Shown here piece after piece: positions 18,259 through 28,600 of a DNA stretch of 50,980 nucleotides. Source of the DNA: Planctomycetota bacterium. Its GTDB lineage: Bacteria > Planctomycetota > Phycisphaerae > WQYP01. The stretch is from the NCBI GenBank assembly GCA_021804985.1, contig JAJZGD010000003.1, positions 1-50,980 of the forward strand, read 5' to 3'. The notes under the pieces were generated by a model, which saw nothing but the letters and a program-made list of their open reading frames with translations, was not told where the DNA came from and searched no databases. A program made the position numbers and the translations under genes. The number at the start of each line of letters is the position of its first letter. Position 1 is the stretch's first letter.

Positions 18259-18433
18259 GAAAATTCTGCCCATTTTTTAGGATTGCCGCCCCAGGTCGCG
18301 CCCGGCCCCGGAAGTCCGCAGCTGCCGGGCCTGCCCACCCCGCTGCTGCCGCCCGGCTGCCAATCCCCGCCCCACCAAGCCCACCCCCTGTAAATTCGGC
18401 CGACCCGCCGCCGCTCCCAAAGGCTATTTCGCT

Positions 18434-18462
18434 TTGCATCGGGCCATGGGGGGCACTATAAC
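18434..18462 (+). promoter_or_regulatory. sigma70-like promoter candidate (TTGCAT-17 nt-TATAAC), predicted leaderless transcript
   Basis: TTGCAT at 18434-18439, a 17-nt spacer, and TATAAC at 18457-18462. The ATG of the next gene is only 6 nt after the -10 hexamer, and there is no SD-like sequence. Confidence 0.3.
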
Positions 18463-18468
18463 GTCAGC

Positions 18469-19065
18469 ATGGTCGAGATGAAGCAATGGCAAATCCGGCG
18501 ACAAGGCTGGTTTTGGCTCGCGGAAAATGCCAGCCTCAGCGGGCAGGTCGTCATCGGTGACGATTGCAGCATTTGGTTTGCCGCCACCATTCGTGGTGAT
18601 GTCGCCCGCATATCGCTGGGGCAAAGGGTTAACGTGCAGGATGGGGCAATCATCCACTGCGATTCCGGCGTCGATCAAATCATTGGTGATCAGGTAACGG
18701 TCGGCCACGGCGCGGTTTTGCACGGAGCACGCATCGGCAATCGCGTCCTCATCGGCATGAAGGCTGTGCTGCTCGGCCAAAGCGTGGTGGAAGATGATGC
18801 CATGGTGGCGGCCGGGGCGGTGGTGTCGCCCGGAATGCGAATTCCCGCCGGCATGGTGGCGATGGGTGTGCCCGCAAGAGTGGTCCGGCCGATTCGCGCG
18901 GGCGAACGCGCCGCCAACTTAGCCAACAACGATCATTACGTGGAATTGGCGGCCGACCATTGCCGGCACCCGGACAAATATTATTTTGGCGCCCCGACGC
19001 GTTTGGAACCGCACCCCGCCGCAAGGCCCGAATGCGGGGCCAACCCGCCGGGCCAAAATTTTTAA
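18469..19065 (+). CDS. gamma-class carbonic anhydrase family / left-handed beta-helix (hexapeptide repeat) protein
   Basis: IWFAATIRGDVARISLGQRVNVQDGAIIHCD...VGHGAVLHGARIGNRVLIGMKAVLL is the YrdA/PaaY-type hexapeptide pattern with the His ligand positions. Confidence 0.85.
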   Translation: MVEMKQWQIRRQGWFWLAENASLSGQVVIGDDCSIWFAATIRGDVARISLGQRVNVQDGAIIHCDSGVDQIIGDQVTVGHGAVLHGARIGNRVLIGMKAVLLGQSVVEDDAMVAAGAVVSPGMRIPAGMVAMGVPARVVRPIRAGERAANLANNDHYVELAADHCRHPDKYYFGAPTRLEPHPAARPECGANPPGQNF

Positions 19066-19094
19066 CGGCAAACATTTAACTTCGGAGTATTGCG

Positions 19095-19604
19095 ATGCAT
19101 CTGTTTTATCTCACGCTGGTCATGCGATGGGCGCACATTATTGGCGCCGCATTATTGGTGGGCGCCCCATTTATTATGTGGCTTGGGGTATACCCCGCGC
19201 TGGAAAAATTGCCCCCGGATCAAAAGTCGAGCCTGCTCGAGGCTATCAATAAGCCCTGGCGAAAATTTCTGGGCATTCTGATACTGACGCAGATTATCTC
19301 CGGTGTGTATTGGCTGCTGGTGGTTGAAAACATGGCCAAAGAACCGCCGCTGTATCAGGCGCTTTTGGGCATCAAATTGCTGGCGGCTCTGGCCCTGTTT
19401 TTTGTGCTTGCGGTTTTGGCCGGTCGGGCCGCTGCCTTTGAAAGATTTCGCCTGCAGGGCAGAAAATGGCTCAAGGTGGCCGTGGCGCTGGGGTTGCTGG
19501 CCATTTTGTGTGCGGGCTACATGCGGCTGATTAACATGCAGCAGAGCCGCGCCGGAATCCTTCACGTGCAGATCGGTCATGCGCAAATGAACATCTCCAA
19601 ATAG
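19095..19604 (+). CDS. hypothetical integral membrane protein (about 4 TM helices)
   Basis: 169-aa ORF with four long hydrophobic segments. No diagnostic motif recognised. Confidence 0.55.
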   Translation: MHLFYLTLVMRWAHIIGAALLVGAPFIMWLGVYPALEKLPPDQKSSLLEAINKPWRKFLGILILTQIISGVYWLLVVENMAKEPPLYQALLGIKLLAALALFFVLAVLAGRAAAFERFRLQGRKWLKVAVALGLLAILCAGYMRLINMQQSRAGILHVQIGHAQMNISK

Positions 19605-19682
19605 CCGACCGGTGCCATCGGCGCTATCGCGGGACGCCGGTTTTCCGCTAAAATGGCATGATGGCAGCGTAGATGATGACAG

Positions 19683-20780
19683 ATGCCTCAATGGGAGTTG
19701 GCCGCGATGGCTAAGCAATCGGGGGGACGCCAAAAGCGGCCTCCATCCGCCTCAGAGCAAACCGCCGCGATTGAAAAATCGGCCGGGCAGCCCGCATCGC
19801 CCGCCCCCGCGGCCGGGCCGTCCATGGGCCTTCCCTTTGAGCAGCCAATCATCAAGCTTGAGCGGCAGGTGCAGGAACTTGTCGCGCTGCAGGAACAAAA
19901 GGGCATTGATTACAGCCAGGAAATCACCAAACTTAGAGAAAATCTCGTCGCCGTGCTGAAGAAAACTTATGAAAATCTCACGGCCTGGGAAACGGTGCAG
20001 GTGGCCCGACATCCCGGCCGTCCGCAGACCCGCGATTACATCGACATGATCATCAAAGATTTTGAAGAGCTTCACGGCGATCGCCGCTACGGCGATGACA
20101 AAGCGATTATCACCGGCACCGGCCGCGTTGGCTCGCAAAAAATACTTCTGGTCGGCCACCAAAAGGGGCGGGATACGCGTGAAAAAATCACGTGCAATTT
20201 TGGTTGCGCCCATCCCGAAGGGTACCGCAAGGCCCTGCTGAAGATGCAATTCGCCGCGAAATTCGGCCTGCCAGTGGTAACCTTCATCGATACGCCCGGC
20301 GCCTATCCAGGCCTCGGATCTGAGGAACGGGGCGTGGCAGAGGCGATCGCGGTGAATCTGCGGGAAATGTCTTGCCTGCCAACCCCGATTATCTGCATCG
20401 TGATCGGCGAAGGGGCCTCGGGCGGCGCACTCGGCATCGGCGTGGGTGATCGCCTCGCGATGATGCAATACGCCTGGTACAGCGTTATTTCGCCGGAAGG
20501 GTGCAGCGGCATTTTATGGAAGGATTCGGCCAATGCCCCGCAGGCCGCCGAAGCGCTCAAACTCACCAGTGCACACCTGCGGCAGCTGGGCATTATTGAC
20601 GATGTGATTCGCGAGCCGCTTGGTGGTGCGCATCGAAACCCGCGCGCCGCGGCCGATGCGCTCGAACGCTTTATTGAGCGCACGCTCCGCGAACTCAAGG
20701 GACTTTCCGTGACGCAGTTGCTCGATCAGCGTTACAACAAAATCCGCCAATATGGCGTCAGTGCCTTAGCGGCGGGCTAA
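19683..20780 (+). CDS. accA: acetyl-CoA carboxylase carboxyltransferase subunit alpha
   Basis: LPFEQPIIKLERQVQEL, RHPGRPQTRDYI, FIDTPGAYPG and ICIVIGEGASGGALGIGVGD blocks. Homology starts at MGLPFEQP, so the real start is probably the ATG at 19824 (or 19707). The track ORF start at 19683 is an upper bound. Confidence 0.9.
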   Translation: MPQWELAAMAKQSGGRQKRPPSASEQTAAIEKSAGQPASPAPAAGPSMGLPFEQPIIKLERQVQELVALQEQKGIDYSQEITKLRENLVAVLKKTYENLTAWETVQVARHPGRPQTRDYIDMIIKDFEELHGDRRYGDDKAIITGTGRVGSQKILLVGHQKGRDTREKITCNFGCAHPEGYRKALLKMQFAAKFGLPVVTFIDTPGAYPGLGSEERGVAEAIAVNLREMSCLPTPIICIVIGEGASGGALGIGVGDRLAMMQYAWYSVISPEGCSGILWKDSANAPQAAEALKLTSAHLRQLGIIDDVIREPLGGAHRNPRAAADALERFIERTLRELKGLSVTQLLDQRYNKIRQYGVSALAAG

Positions 20781-20903
20781 GGCGGTCGCGGCACGGAAAG
20801 CGGGCCGCCGGCCAACGCCGTTACTTTGGCAAGCGTGTGCGGTTAGGAGCCTGTCCCCTAAACCCAGAGAAAAGAATGCCGCAACATTTAAGGAGATTTG
20901 CCT

Positions 20904-21425
20904 ATGCTCAGCAAGGAAGATCTGGCATCGCGTATTAAAGCGGTGGCATATCTTGAAGGCGACTTTACCCTGCGATCGGGGCGAAAGTCGAAATATTATT
21001 TGGACAAATATCTGTTCGAAACCCAGCCCGATATTCTTGAGGCCCTCGGCGCGTTGATGGCGCAGCGGCGGTCCGCCGGTGTCACGCGCATTGCCGGCGC
21101 CGAACTCGGCGGCGTCGCTCTCGCCGCAGCCGCAGCGCTGGCCGCGAAGCTGCCATTTTTTATCGTGCGCAATCAGAAAAAGGATTACGGCACCAGCAAG
21201 CTTATTGAGGGGGCAATCGTGCCCGGCGATCGCGTGCTGCTCGTGGAAGATATTGCAACCACTGGTGGGCAGGTGCTCGAGGCCGCCAGGGTAATCACGG
21301 CCGCCGGCGCCCACATTGATCGTATTGTGGCTGTGATTGATCGGCAGGAAGGGGCACGGGAAAATATTGAAGGGGCCGGCTTCGTATTTGAGTCGATCCT
21401 TACGCGGCAGGAGATGGGAATTTAA
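20904..21425 (+). CDS. pyrE: orotate phosphoribosyltransferase
   Basis: FTLRSGRKSKYYLDKY and the PRPP-binding loop VLLVEDIATTGGQ. AAGGAG at 20890-20895 lies 8 nt upstream of the ATG at 20904. The track start at 20898 is TTG. Confidence 0.9.
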   Translation: MLSKEDLASRIKAVAYLEGDFTLRSGRKSKYYLDKYLFETQPDILEALGALMAQRRSAGVTRIAGAELGGVALAAAAALAAKLPFFIVRNQKKDYGTSKLIEGAIVPGDRVLLVEDIATTGGQVLEAARVITAAGAHIDRIVAVIDRQEGARENIEGAGFVFESILTRQEMGI

Positions 21426-22751
21426 ATGCCGCAGCCGCCCGGCGCCCATTCGGCGCACAAACATCCGCTGAGAAGAATCATTCTCTCAGCCATTAAATGG
21501 GTAATCGCGATCGTGGGACTGTGGTATGTGATTTCCCATATCGCCTGGCATGATCGCGTGACCATTCGATCCGGCGTTGAGATACGTCGGGTCACGTTCA
21601 CCGCCAATACGCCGGTCGAATTAATCAGCCGGAAAAATCATGTCTACCTGCTGAAATTCCGCGGCAAAAGCATCACGGTTCGCCGGCCATCGGGCCCGCT
21701 GGTCACGGGTATCGCCACGCGAGCCCCGATTGACTTTCCCGGCACGCTCGGCGTTCCCGGCAGCTATCTGGTGCAAAGCCATGGCAAGCCCGAGGTAAAG
21801 CTGGGTTTTTTAAATTTGCTGGCGCATAGCAAGCCATTGCCTCTGATCCTCGCTTTTCTGGTGCTGGGTTTGCCGTTCTTTATTACGGCGTGGCGCTGGC
21901 AACAGCTGCTGCGGGTATGCGAGCTCAATCTGACTTATGGCCGATGCGTCACACTGACCTTTCTGGGGCAGTTTTATTCCACCTTTTTACCGGGCACCAC
22001 CAGTGGCGATATTGTCAAGATCGTCTATACCGGAAGACTTACCGGGCAAAAAACCAAGAGCGCCATAACCGTCATCCTTGATCGCATCATCGGCCTGGTG
22101 GGCCTGATTATTGTGGGCTTTACCGCGGGCGCGACGGAGCTTTTGCTCTCTCGGAATAAACCCGGGACGCCCGCCGATCCGGTTTTACTCCATGTGGTGC
22201 TTCTCACCGGCGCGATGCTTTTCGCCGTGGCCGTCGGTGCAGTGGTTTATTTTTCACGGCGATTGCGCAAGGCGCTGGGTCTGGACTGGCTGCTGGAAAA
22301 GCTGCCGCTGCCCGATTTTATCAAGCATGCGGATCGGACGCTGGCGGCGTACCGCGGGCACCTGGGGGTCGTTGCGGCGGCGCTTGGGGCGAGTGTGGTA
22401 TCGCAGGCCATATTGCCCTTTGCCGGCTTTCTGGCGGGGCAGGCGTTCGGTATGCATGATCCGCTGGGATATTACATGGCTTATATTCCGCTGGCGGTTC
22501 TGGCGGCGAGCATTCCCATCTTGCCGCCGCAGGGCATCGGCGTGATGGATTGGATCATCCTGCACTTTTTTGTCACGCGCGGAACCAATACGGTCAGTCA
22601 GGCGTTTGCGCTCACGCAGGCCATTCGCTTTTTACCGATTCTGTGGAATCTCGTCGGCGCGTGGTGGGTGGTGCGGGGCAATTATTCGCGGCCGCATGTT
22701 GAAGATTTAGGCGAATTGACCGAGGGCGAAGCCGAACCCGCGCCGGTGTAG
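21426..22751 (+). CDS. flippase-like / lysylphosphatidylglycerol-synthase TM-region family (UPF0104) membrane protein
   Basis: Multi-TM protein with WRWQQLLRVCELNL...FLGQFYSTFLPGTTSGDIVKI, typical of UPF0104. The ATG follows the pyrE stop directly (TAAATG). Confidence 0.65.
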   Translation: MPQPPGAHSAHKHPLRRIILSAIKWVIAIVGLWYVISHIAWHDRVTIRSGVEIRRVTFTANTPVELISRKNHVYLLKFRGKSITVRRPSGPLVTGIATRAPIDFPGTLGVPGSYLVQSHGKPEVKLGFLNLLAHSKPLPLILAFLVLGLPFFITAWRWQQLLRVCELNLTYGRCVTLTFLGQFYSTFLPGTTSGDIVKIVYTGRLTGQKTKSAITVILDRIIGLVGLIIVGFTAGATELLLSRNKPGTPADPVLLHVVLLTGAMLFAVAVGAVVYFSRRLRKALGLDWLLEKLPLPDFIKHADRTLAAYRGHLGVVAAALGASVVSQAILPFAGFLAGQAFGMHDPLGYYMAYIPLAVLAASIPILPPQGIGVMDWIILHFFVTRGTNTVSQAFALTQAIRFLPILWNLVGAWWVVRGNYSRPHVEDLGELTEGEAEPAPV

Positions 22752-23111
22752 GCCGGTCGCTCGGTATCACGGTTGCGAAGTTCCTCGGCCGCGCGGTGGC
22801 GAGGCAAGATTGCACGGCCGCACGGGGGCTGCGCGATGGCGCCGCTGCGCGGTGGACATTGGGGCGCGAGAAGTGTGGGTCGCAGGCCCGCGTGATTACG
22901 GGGCGGCGCCGACGCCCGGCGCAGGTCTCGGCAGGTATTTCCACGTGCGGCCGGCGATAAAATTTTTACAAAACTTTTACATCTTTTGGTTGGCTTCATC
23001 TGTTGCGTTGGGTAAACTCGCTTTGCATCGATCGTGGCCGACACTGGCGGCGATCAGACCGTGCTGCCGGGGCAAAATCCCTGGCGTGGCCAAAGCGACC
23101 TGAGGCAAACT

Positions 23112-25298
23112 ATGCACGACCCGATTTTACAACTGCTGATACAGATCGCGGTCATTCTTTTGGCGGCCCGCGTGGTAGGAAAAATCATGCGCTGGATTGG
23201 CCAGCCGCGTGTGGTGGGTGAAATGCTCGGCGGCATCATTTTGGGGCCGTCGGTGTTGGGCCTGCTTTACCATGGCGCAGCGCTGGCCATGCTGTTCCCC
23301 GTGCATAAAGGTGGCGATCCATATCCATTTCTTAATATCTTAAGCCAGATCGGCGTGGTCTTGTTCATGTTCCTTGTAGGCCTGGAACTCGACATGAAAC
23401 TGCTGCGCAATCAGGGCAAAGCCCTGATCATCACCGGCGGTATGAGCGTCGCCGGGCCGCTGGTATGCGGCATCCTTCTGGGGCTTTACCTCTTCAAAGA
23501 ATTTCACGGTCCGGGCGGCAACGAGCTGGTCTTTACCCTATTCATCGGCACCGCCATGTGCATCACCGCGTTTCCGGTACTCGCCCGCATGATCACGGAG
23601 CGCAACCTGCAACGGTCGCGCGTGGGCACATTCAGCATGGCCTGCGGAGCGCTCAATGATGTGGTGGGATGGTGCCTGCTGGCGCTGGTCATTGCGATAT
23701 GCACGTCCGATGGATTGGGTACACATAAAAGCGGAGATCCGCTTTTTTCGGCCGTGATGACGCTGATCTGGACGGTCGTATTCAGTGCCTTCATGCTTCT
23801 GGTGATGCCCAAAGTTCTCCGTTTGTTGCAGGGGCTTTATGAACGGCGCGGATATTTATCGCAAGATACCCTCGCGGTGATTCTGCTGCTGGTGCTCGCC
23901 TCCAGCGCCATGACCGATTGGATCGGAATTCAGCCCATATTCGGGGCATTTCTTCTGGGCATGGCCATGCCCGCAGAAAGTAAATTTGTCCGCCACCTTA
24001 CCGAAAAGCTTGAGGATTTTATCCTGCTCTTCCTGTTGCCGATCTTTTTCGCCTACACCGGTTTGCGCACCCGCATCGGGCTTTTAGATAATGCCCATCT
24101 TTGGAAAATCTGTCTGCTGGTGGTCGTAATTGCCACCGTCGCTAAAGTGCTGTTTTCTTTTTGTGGCGCCCGCATCGCCGGCCTATCCTGGCGGCAATCC
24201 GGTGTGCTCGGTTCGTTAATGAATGCCCGCGGCCTCGTGGAACTTATCGTGCTGAACATCGGATTGACGCTGCATGTGCTTTCTCCGCAGATGTTCGCCA
24301 TAATGGTCATTATGGCCTTGGCCACCACGTTTATCACCACACCATTGTTGTATCTGGCCTATTCGCCGGCCCGTCAGAGGCGCGATCAGGCCGCCGAAGA
24401 TCACCGGCCGATTCCGGGGGAATCCCGCACCCTGGTAACCGTTTCTTCCCCTCAAACCGCGTCCGGGCTCGTTCGCATAGGTACCGCGTTACTCGGTGCG
24501 GGCACCGGCAAGCTCTGCGTGCTGAACCTGAACAACCCGGATGAGCAGGAACGTCGCAGCAAGGCATTTTATACCGCGACCGATCCCGTCGAATTGGCCC
24601 TGCGCCAGGCCGCCACCATAGATGTCCCCGTCAGTGCGGTGGGGCTTGTCAGCACCGATTTCGCCTCGGATATTATCCTCACCGCGGATCGCTTTGACGT
24701 GCGCTGGATTGTTCTCGGCGGCCATCAGGGGCTGTTCGCCCCTTCCACATTGGGCCATATTGCCGATGAAATAATCCTGCATTCCAATCGCCACGTGGCG
24801 ATTTTTGTGGAGAAGAATCTGCGCTCCGTGCAACGCATTATGGTGCCGTATATTGGAGAAAATCAAGATGTAGGGGCGTTGCAGGCGGCCGACCTGATAT
24901 CACAACGGCATGATGCACGCGTAACGATTCTGCATGTGGTTAAGCCGGGCAGTCACGCGGATAGCAGTGGACGGCTCGGTGTGCAGTCGTTGGTGGATCG
25001 GCAGTTCGATATTTCCGGCAGCACGCGGCAGGTACGTTTTCAGGTGGTGGAAAGTGATTCCCCGGTCGATGTGGTGGTCAGAGAATCCGCCAATTACGAC
25101 CTGATAATTCTCGGCATTTCGGCGCAGTGGCAACTCAAGCAGACTTTTCTGAGTCGCTCACAGGCATCGGTTGCCGAGGCGTGCGCCTGTTCAGTTCTCG
25201 CGGTTCATGCCAGTGTTTCGGCCACCGTGCCACGTGCCGCCCCGCCCCAATCCGATGACATGGCACCTCAAAGCGCCCGCCTCGCCGGCCAATCGTAA
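23112..25298 (+). CDS. cation:proton antiporter (CPA2/Kef-type) with C-terminal tandem universal-stress-protein-like domains
   Basis: About 12 TM helices (GQPRVVGEMLGGIILGPSVLG, LFMFLVGLELD, NARGLVELIVLNIGL). About 300 aa of USP-like alpha/beta domains follow. The start is taken at MHDPILQLL (23112); the ORF opens at 23034. Confidence 0.85.
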   Translation: MHDPILQLLIQIAVILLAARVVGKIMRWIGQPRVVGEMLGGIILGPSVLGLLYHGAALAMLFPVHKGGDPYPFLNILSQIGVVLFMFLVGLELDMKLLRNQGKALIITGGMSVAGPLVCGILLGLYLFKEFHGPGGNELVFTLFIGTAMCITAFPVLARMITERNLQRSRVGTFSMACGALNDVVGWCLLALVIAICTSDGLGTHKSGDPLFSAVMTLIWTVVFSAFMLLVMPKVLRLLQGLYERRGYLSQDTLAVILLLVLASSAMTDWIGIQPIFGAFLLGMAMPAESKFVRHLTEKLEDFILLFLLPIFFAYTGLRTRIGLLDNAHLWKICLLVVVIATVAKVLFSFCGARIAGLSWRQSGVLGSLMNARGLVELIVLNIGLTLHVLSPQMFAIMVIMALATTFITTPLLYLAYSPARQRRDQAAEDHRPIPGESRTLVTVSSPQTASGLVRIGTALLGAGTGKLCVLNLNNPDEQERRSKAFYTATDPVELALRQAATIDVPVSAVGLVSTDFASDIILTADRFDVRWIVLGGHQGLFAPSTLGHIADEIILHSNRHVAIFVEKNLRSVQRIMVPYIGENQDVGALQAADLISQRHDARVTILHVVKPGSHADSSGRLGVQSLVDRQFDISGSTRQVRFQVVESDSPVDVVVRESANYDLIILGISAQWQLKQTFLSRSQASVAEACACSVLAVHASVSATVPRAAPPQSDDMAPQSARLAGQS

Positions 25299-25489
25299 TG
25301 AACCGCCATCACGAGGTGCATCCGCGATGGAAGTCCCTTTTTGGCGCAGGCGATCGGCGCCGGCGCTGCCGGAACTGCCCGCCAACCGCATGCATCACCA
25401 CCGGCGACGGGAAAACGGACGCCAAATGTCGGCAGCCGACAACGCGCATTCGCAGTCGCGAGAAACTTGATTAAACTCAGCGTGCCAAT

Positions 25490-25592
25490 GAGCCTGTCCG
25501 AGTAATCGCCGAGATTGCGATGGGCCTGCGATGGCCCGTACGCGCGGCGGAAGATCGAGCCGACTTTGAACAATGAGTCTGCGAGATGCGAT
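25490..25592. repeat. interspersed repeat family B, copy 2 (left border of the defence island)
   Basis: GAGCCTGTCCGAGTAATCGCCGAGATTGCGATGGGCCTGCGATGGCCC...GCGCGGCGGAAGATCGAGCCGACTTTGAA, homologous to 17008-17110. Confidence 0.7.
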
Positions 25593-25633
25593 CGGGTTCA
25601 TCGCGGCGGGCAACTGAGGCAGTGGAGATACCC

Positions 25634-28600
25634 ATGGCGCAGTCGGATATGACGTTTATCAGCAATGAGGCCGGCAGGACCTTGCGCGAACGCCTTGCCA
25701 CCTTGTTGGCGGCCGATACGCGCTTATTTGACTGCCTCGTGGGGTATTTCTACATCAGCGGCTTTCATAACCTTTACCCCAGCCTCGAAAACGTCGAGAA
25801 AATCCGCATCCTCGTCGGCCTCAGCACCGACGACACTGTCCGGAACCTGCTGCATGACGCCGCGCGGCCGTCGGATGAACCGTCCACCCTACGGTTCCAG
25901 TCCCATGCGGTGGTTGAGGAAAACATCCCTCACGCCATGCTCTGTGAACTTGAGAGGGCCGAATACACCGCTGAGGTCGAAACCGGCGTAACCAAATTTG
26001 TCCAGTGGATTCAATCCGGAAAGCTGGAAATCAGAGCGCATCCGTCCGAGAATTTGCACGCCAAAGTTTACATTATGACCTTCCACGATGGCGACAGGGA
26101 CGTCGGCCGTGTGATCACCGGCTCCAGCAATCTCACCCAATCCGGCCTGCAGGACAATCTGGAATTCAACGTCGAGCTTAAAAACCGCTCGGATTACGAC
26201 TTTGCCGCCGCTAAATTCAATGAACTTTGGGCGACCGCCGTGGAGGTGTCCAAACCCTGCGAAGCCGCCATCCTCCAGCAATCACCGTATGCGCAATTTA
26301 CCCCGTACGAACTTTACCTGAAATTCCTATACGAATATTTCCGCAGTGAACTTAACCGCCCCAAAGAGCTTGACGATCTTTATGTCCCCAACGGATTTAA
26401 AAAGCTGAAATATCAGGAAGAGGCCGTCCTGACCGCAAAAAAAATTCTGGAAGAATATGGCGGCGTATTTCTTTCCGACGTCGTCGGGCTTGGTAAAACC
26501 TACATGGCGGCCATGCTGGCCCAACAGCTCGACGGGCGCTCGCTGGTACTCGCGCCGCCGCACCTGATTGATGCCAACAACCCCGGCTCATGGCGCAACG
26601 TTTTTGGAGAGTTCCGCGTGCCCCATACCGATTTCGAATCGATTGGAACGCTGGATTCCCTTCTGCAGCGCGACACCGCCCGCTACAAAAACGTTTTTAT
26701 TGACGAATCGCATCGCTTCCGTAATGATGACAATCAAACCTACGCCAACCTCGCGCAAATCTGCCGGGGCAAGCGTATTATTCTGGTCTCGGCCACGCCG
26801 CTGAACAATACCCCCAATGACATACTCAGCCAGATCAAGCTGTTTCAGAATGGCGCCAACAGCACCATTCCCAACGTCCGCGACTTGGGGGCCTTTTTCA
26901 GCAAGCTTCAGGAAAATCTGCGCGGCCTCGACCGCCGCGAGCACCGTGACAAATATTTAAACGCCGTCCAGGAGAACGCCAGGACTACGCGCGAAAAAGT
27001 CCTTAAATACCTCATGATCCGCCGCACACGGGGAGAGATCCTGAAATACTACGGCGACGACCTTGCGTCGCAAGGCCTGAAGTTTCCCGCAGTCGCCGAT
27101 CCGCAGCCCCTTTTCTACAAACTCAACAAAGCCGAAAGCGGCGTTCTCGATTCCACCATCCGCCTGCTCACGCAGGATTTTAAATACGCCCGCTATAAGC
27201 AGCTGCTCTACTACCGCGGGCAGCGCGACCAAAAACAATCTCAGGGCCAGCAGAATCTTGCCAAGTTTATGAAAATTCTGATGGTCAAGCGGCTCGAAAG
27301 CAGCTTTCACGCCTTCCGCTCGACGTTAGGCCGCTTCATAGACACTTACAAGCGCGTTATCGCTGAATTCCACAAGGGTAACGTCTACATAAGCAAAGAA
27401 TACACCGATAAAATCTTCGACCTGTTGGAAAGCAACGATCACGACGCCATTCAACAACTGCTGGATGATGAAAAGGCTGAAAGGCTCAACGCCCGTGATT
27501 TCCTGGCGAATTTCATTACCGATCTTGAGAGCGATCTCGCCATCCTTGAAACCATCCATTCGGCTTGGAAAGATATTAAACGCGACCCCAAATGGGAAAC
27601 CTTCCGCGAAATCCTCCTGGCCGACAAACGGCTCAAAAATGCCAAGCTCATCATTTTCACTGAATCCAAAGAGACGGCCGAATACCTCGGCGCAAAAATC
27701 GCTGCCGAGGTTGATAAAAAAGTAATTGTTTCCAGCGGCGAATCCGATGAGGCCACCTACCGGCAGGTCACCGATAATTTTGACGACCGGGCCCTCCATC
27801 GCAAGGATGATTACCGCATCCTCGTTGCTACGGAAGTGCTTTCTGAGGGCGTCAACCTCCACCGCTCCAATATTGTGATTAACTACGACATTCCGTGGAA
27901 CCCCACCCGCCTGGTCCAGCGCGTGGGCCGGGTGAACCGCGTGGGCACCAAATTTGAAATCATTCACACCTATAACTTTTTCCCGACGGATGAAGGCAAC
28001 GACCTGATCAAACTCAAGGAAGCCGCCGAGGCCAAAATTCACGCCTTTATCGAGATGCTCGGTACCGATGCCCGCCTGCTTACCGATGGGGAAGAAATTA
28101 AATCACATGATTTGTTTTCCCAGCTGAATTCCAAAGCCGCCATCACGGGCGAAGATGAACAGCAGGAAACAGAACTTAAATATCTCACCGAAATCCGCGA
28201 AGTCCGCGATAAACAGCCCGACCTTTTCTCCCGCATCAAGCGGCTGCCGAAAAAAGCCCGCTCCACACGAGCCTGGCCCGCGCAAAAGGAAATCAGGCGC
28301 GAATTCGCATGCCCATCACTGGTGACTTACTTCCGCCAGGGGCGGCTGGATAAATTTTTCATTGCCGCTCCCCATGGCGGCCCCCAGGAGTTGGACTTCA
28401 TGGTCGCGGTCAAGCTCCTCCAGCCCGCGGATCCGGCGGAAAAACCGCTGCCGATTGCAGAAGGGTTTTACCATCTGCTGGATTTAAACCGCTCCGCTTT
28501 CCTGGCCGCCACAAGTGAGTCTGCCGCCGCCACCGGAAGGCCCGGCGGCGGTTCCCACGCCGTCTATATTCTCCGGCGGCTGGCCGCCCGGGAATTTCGC

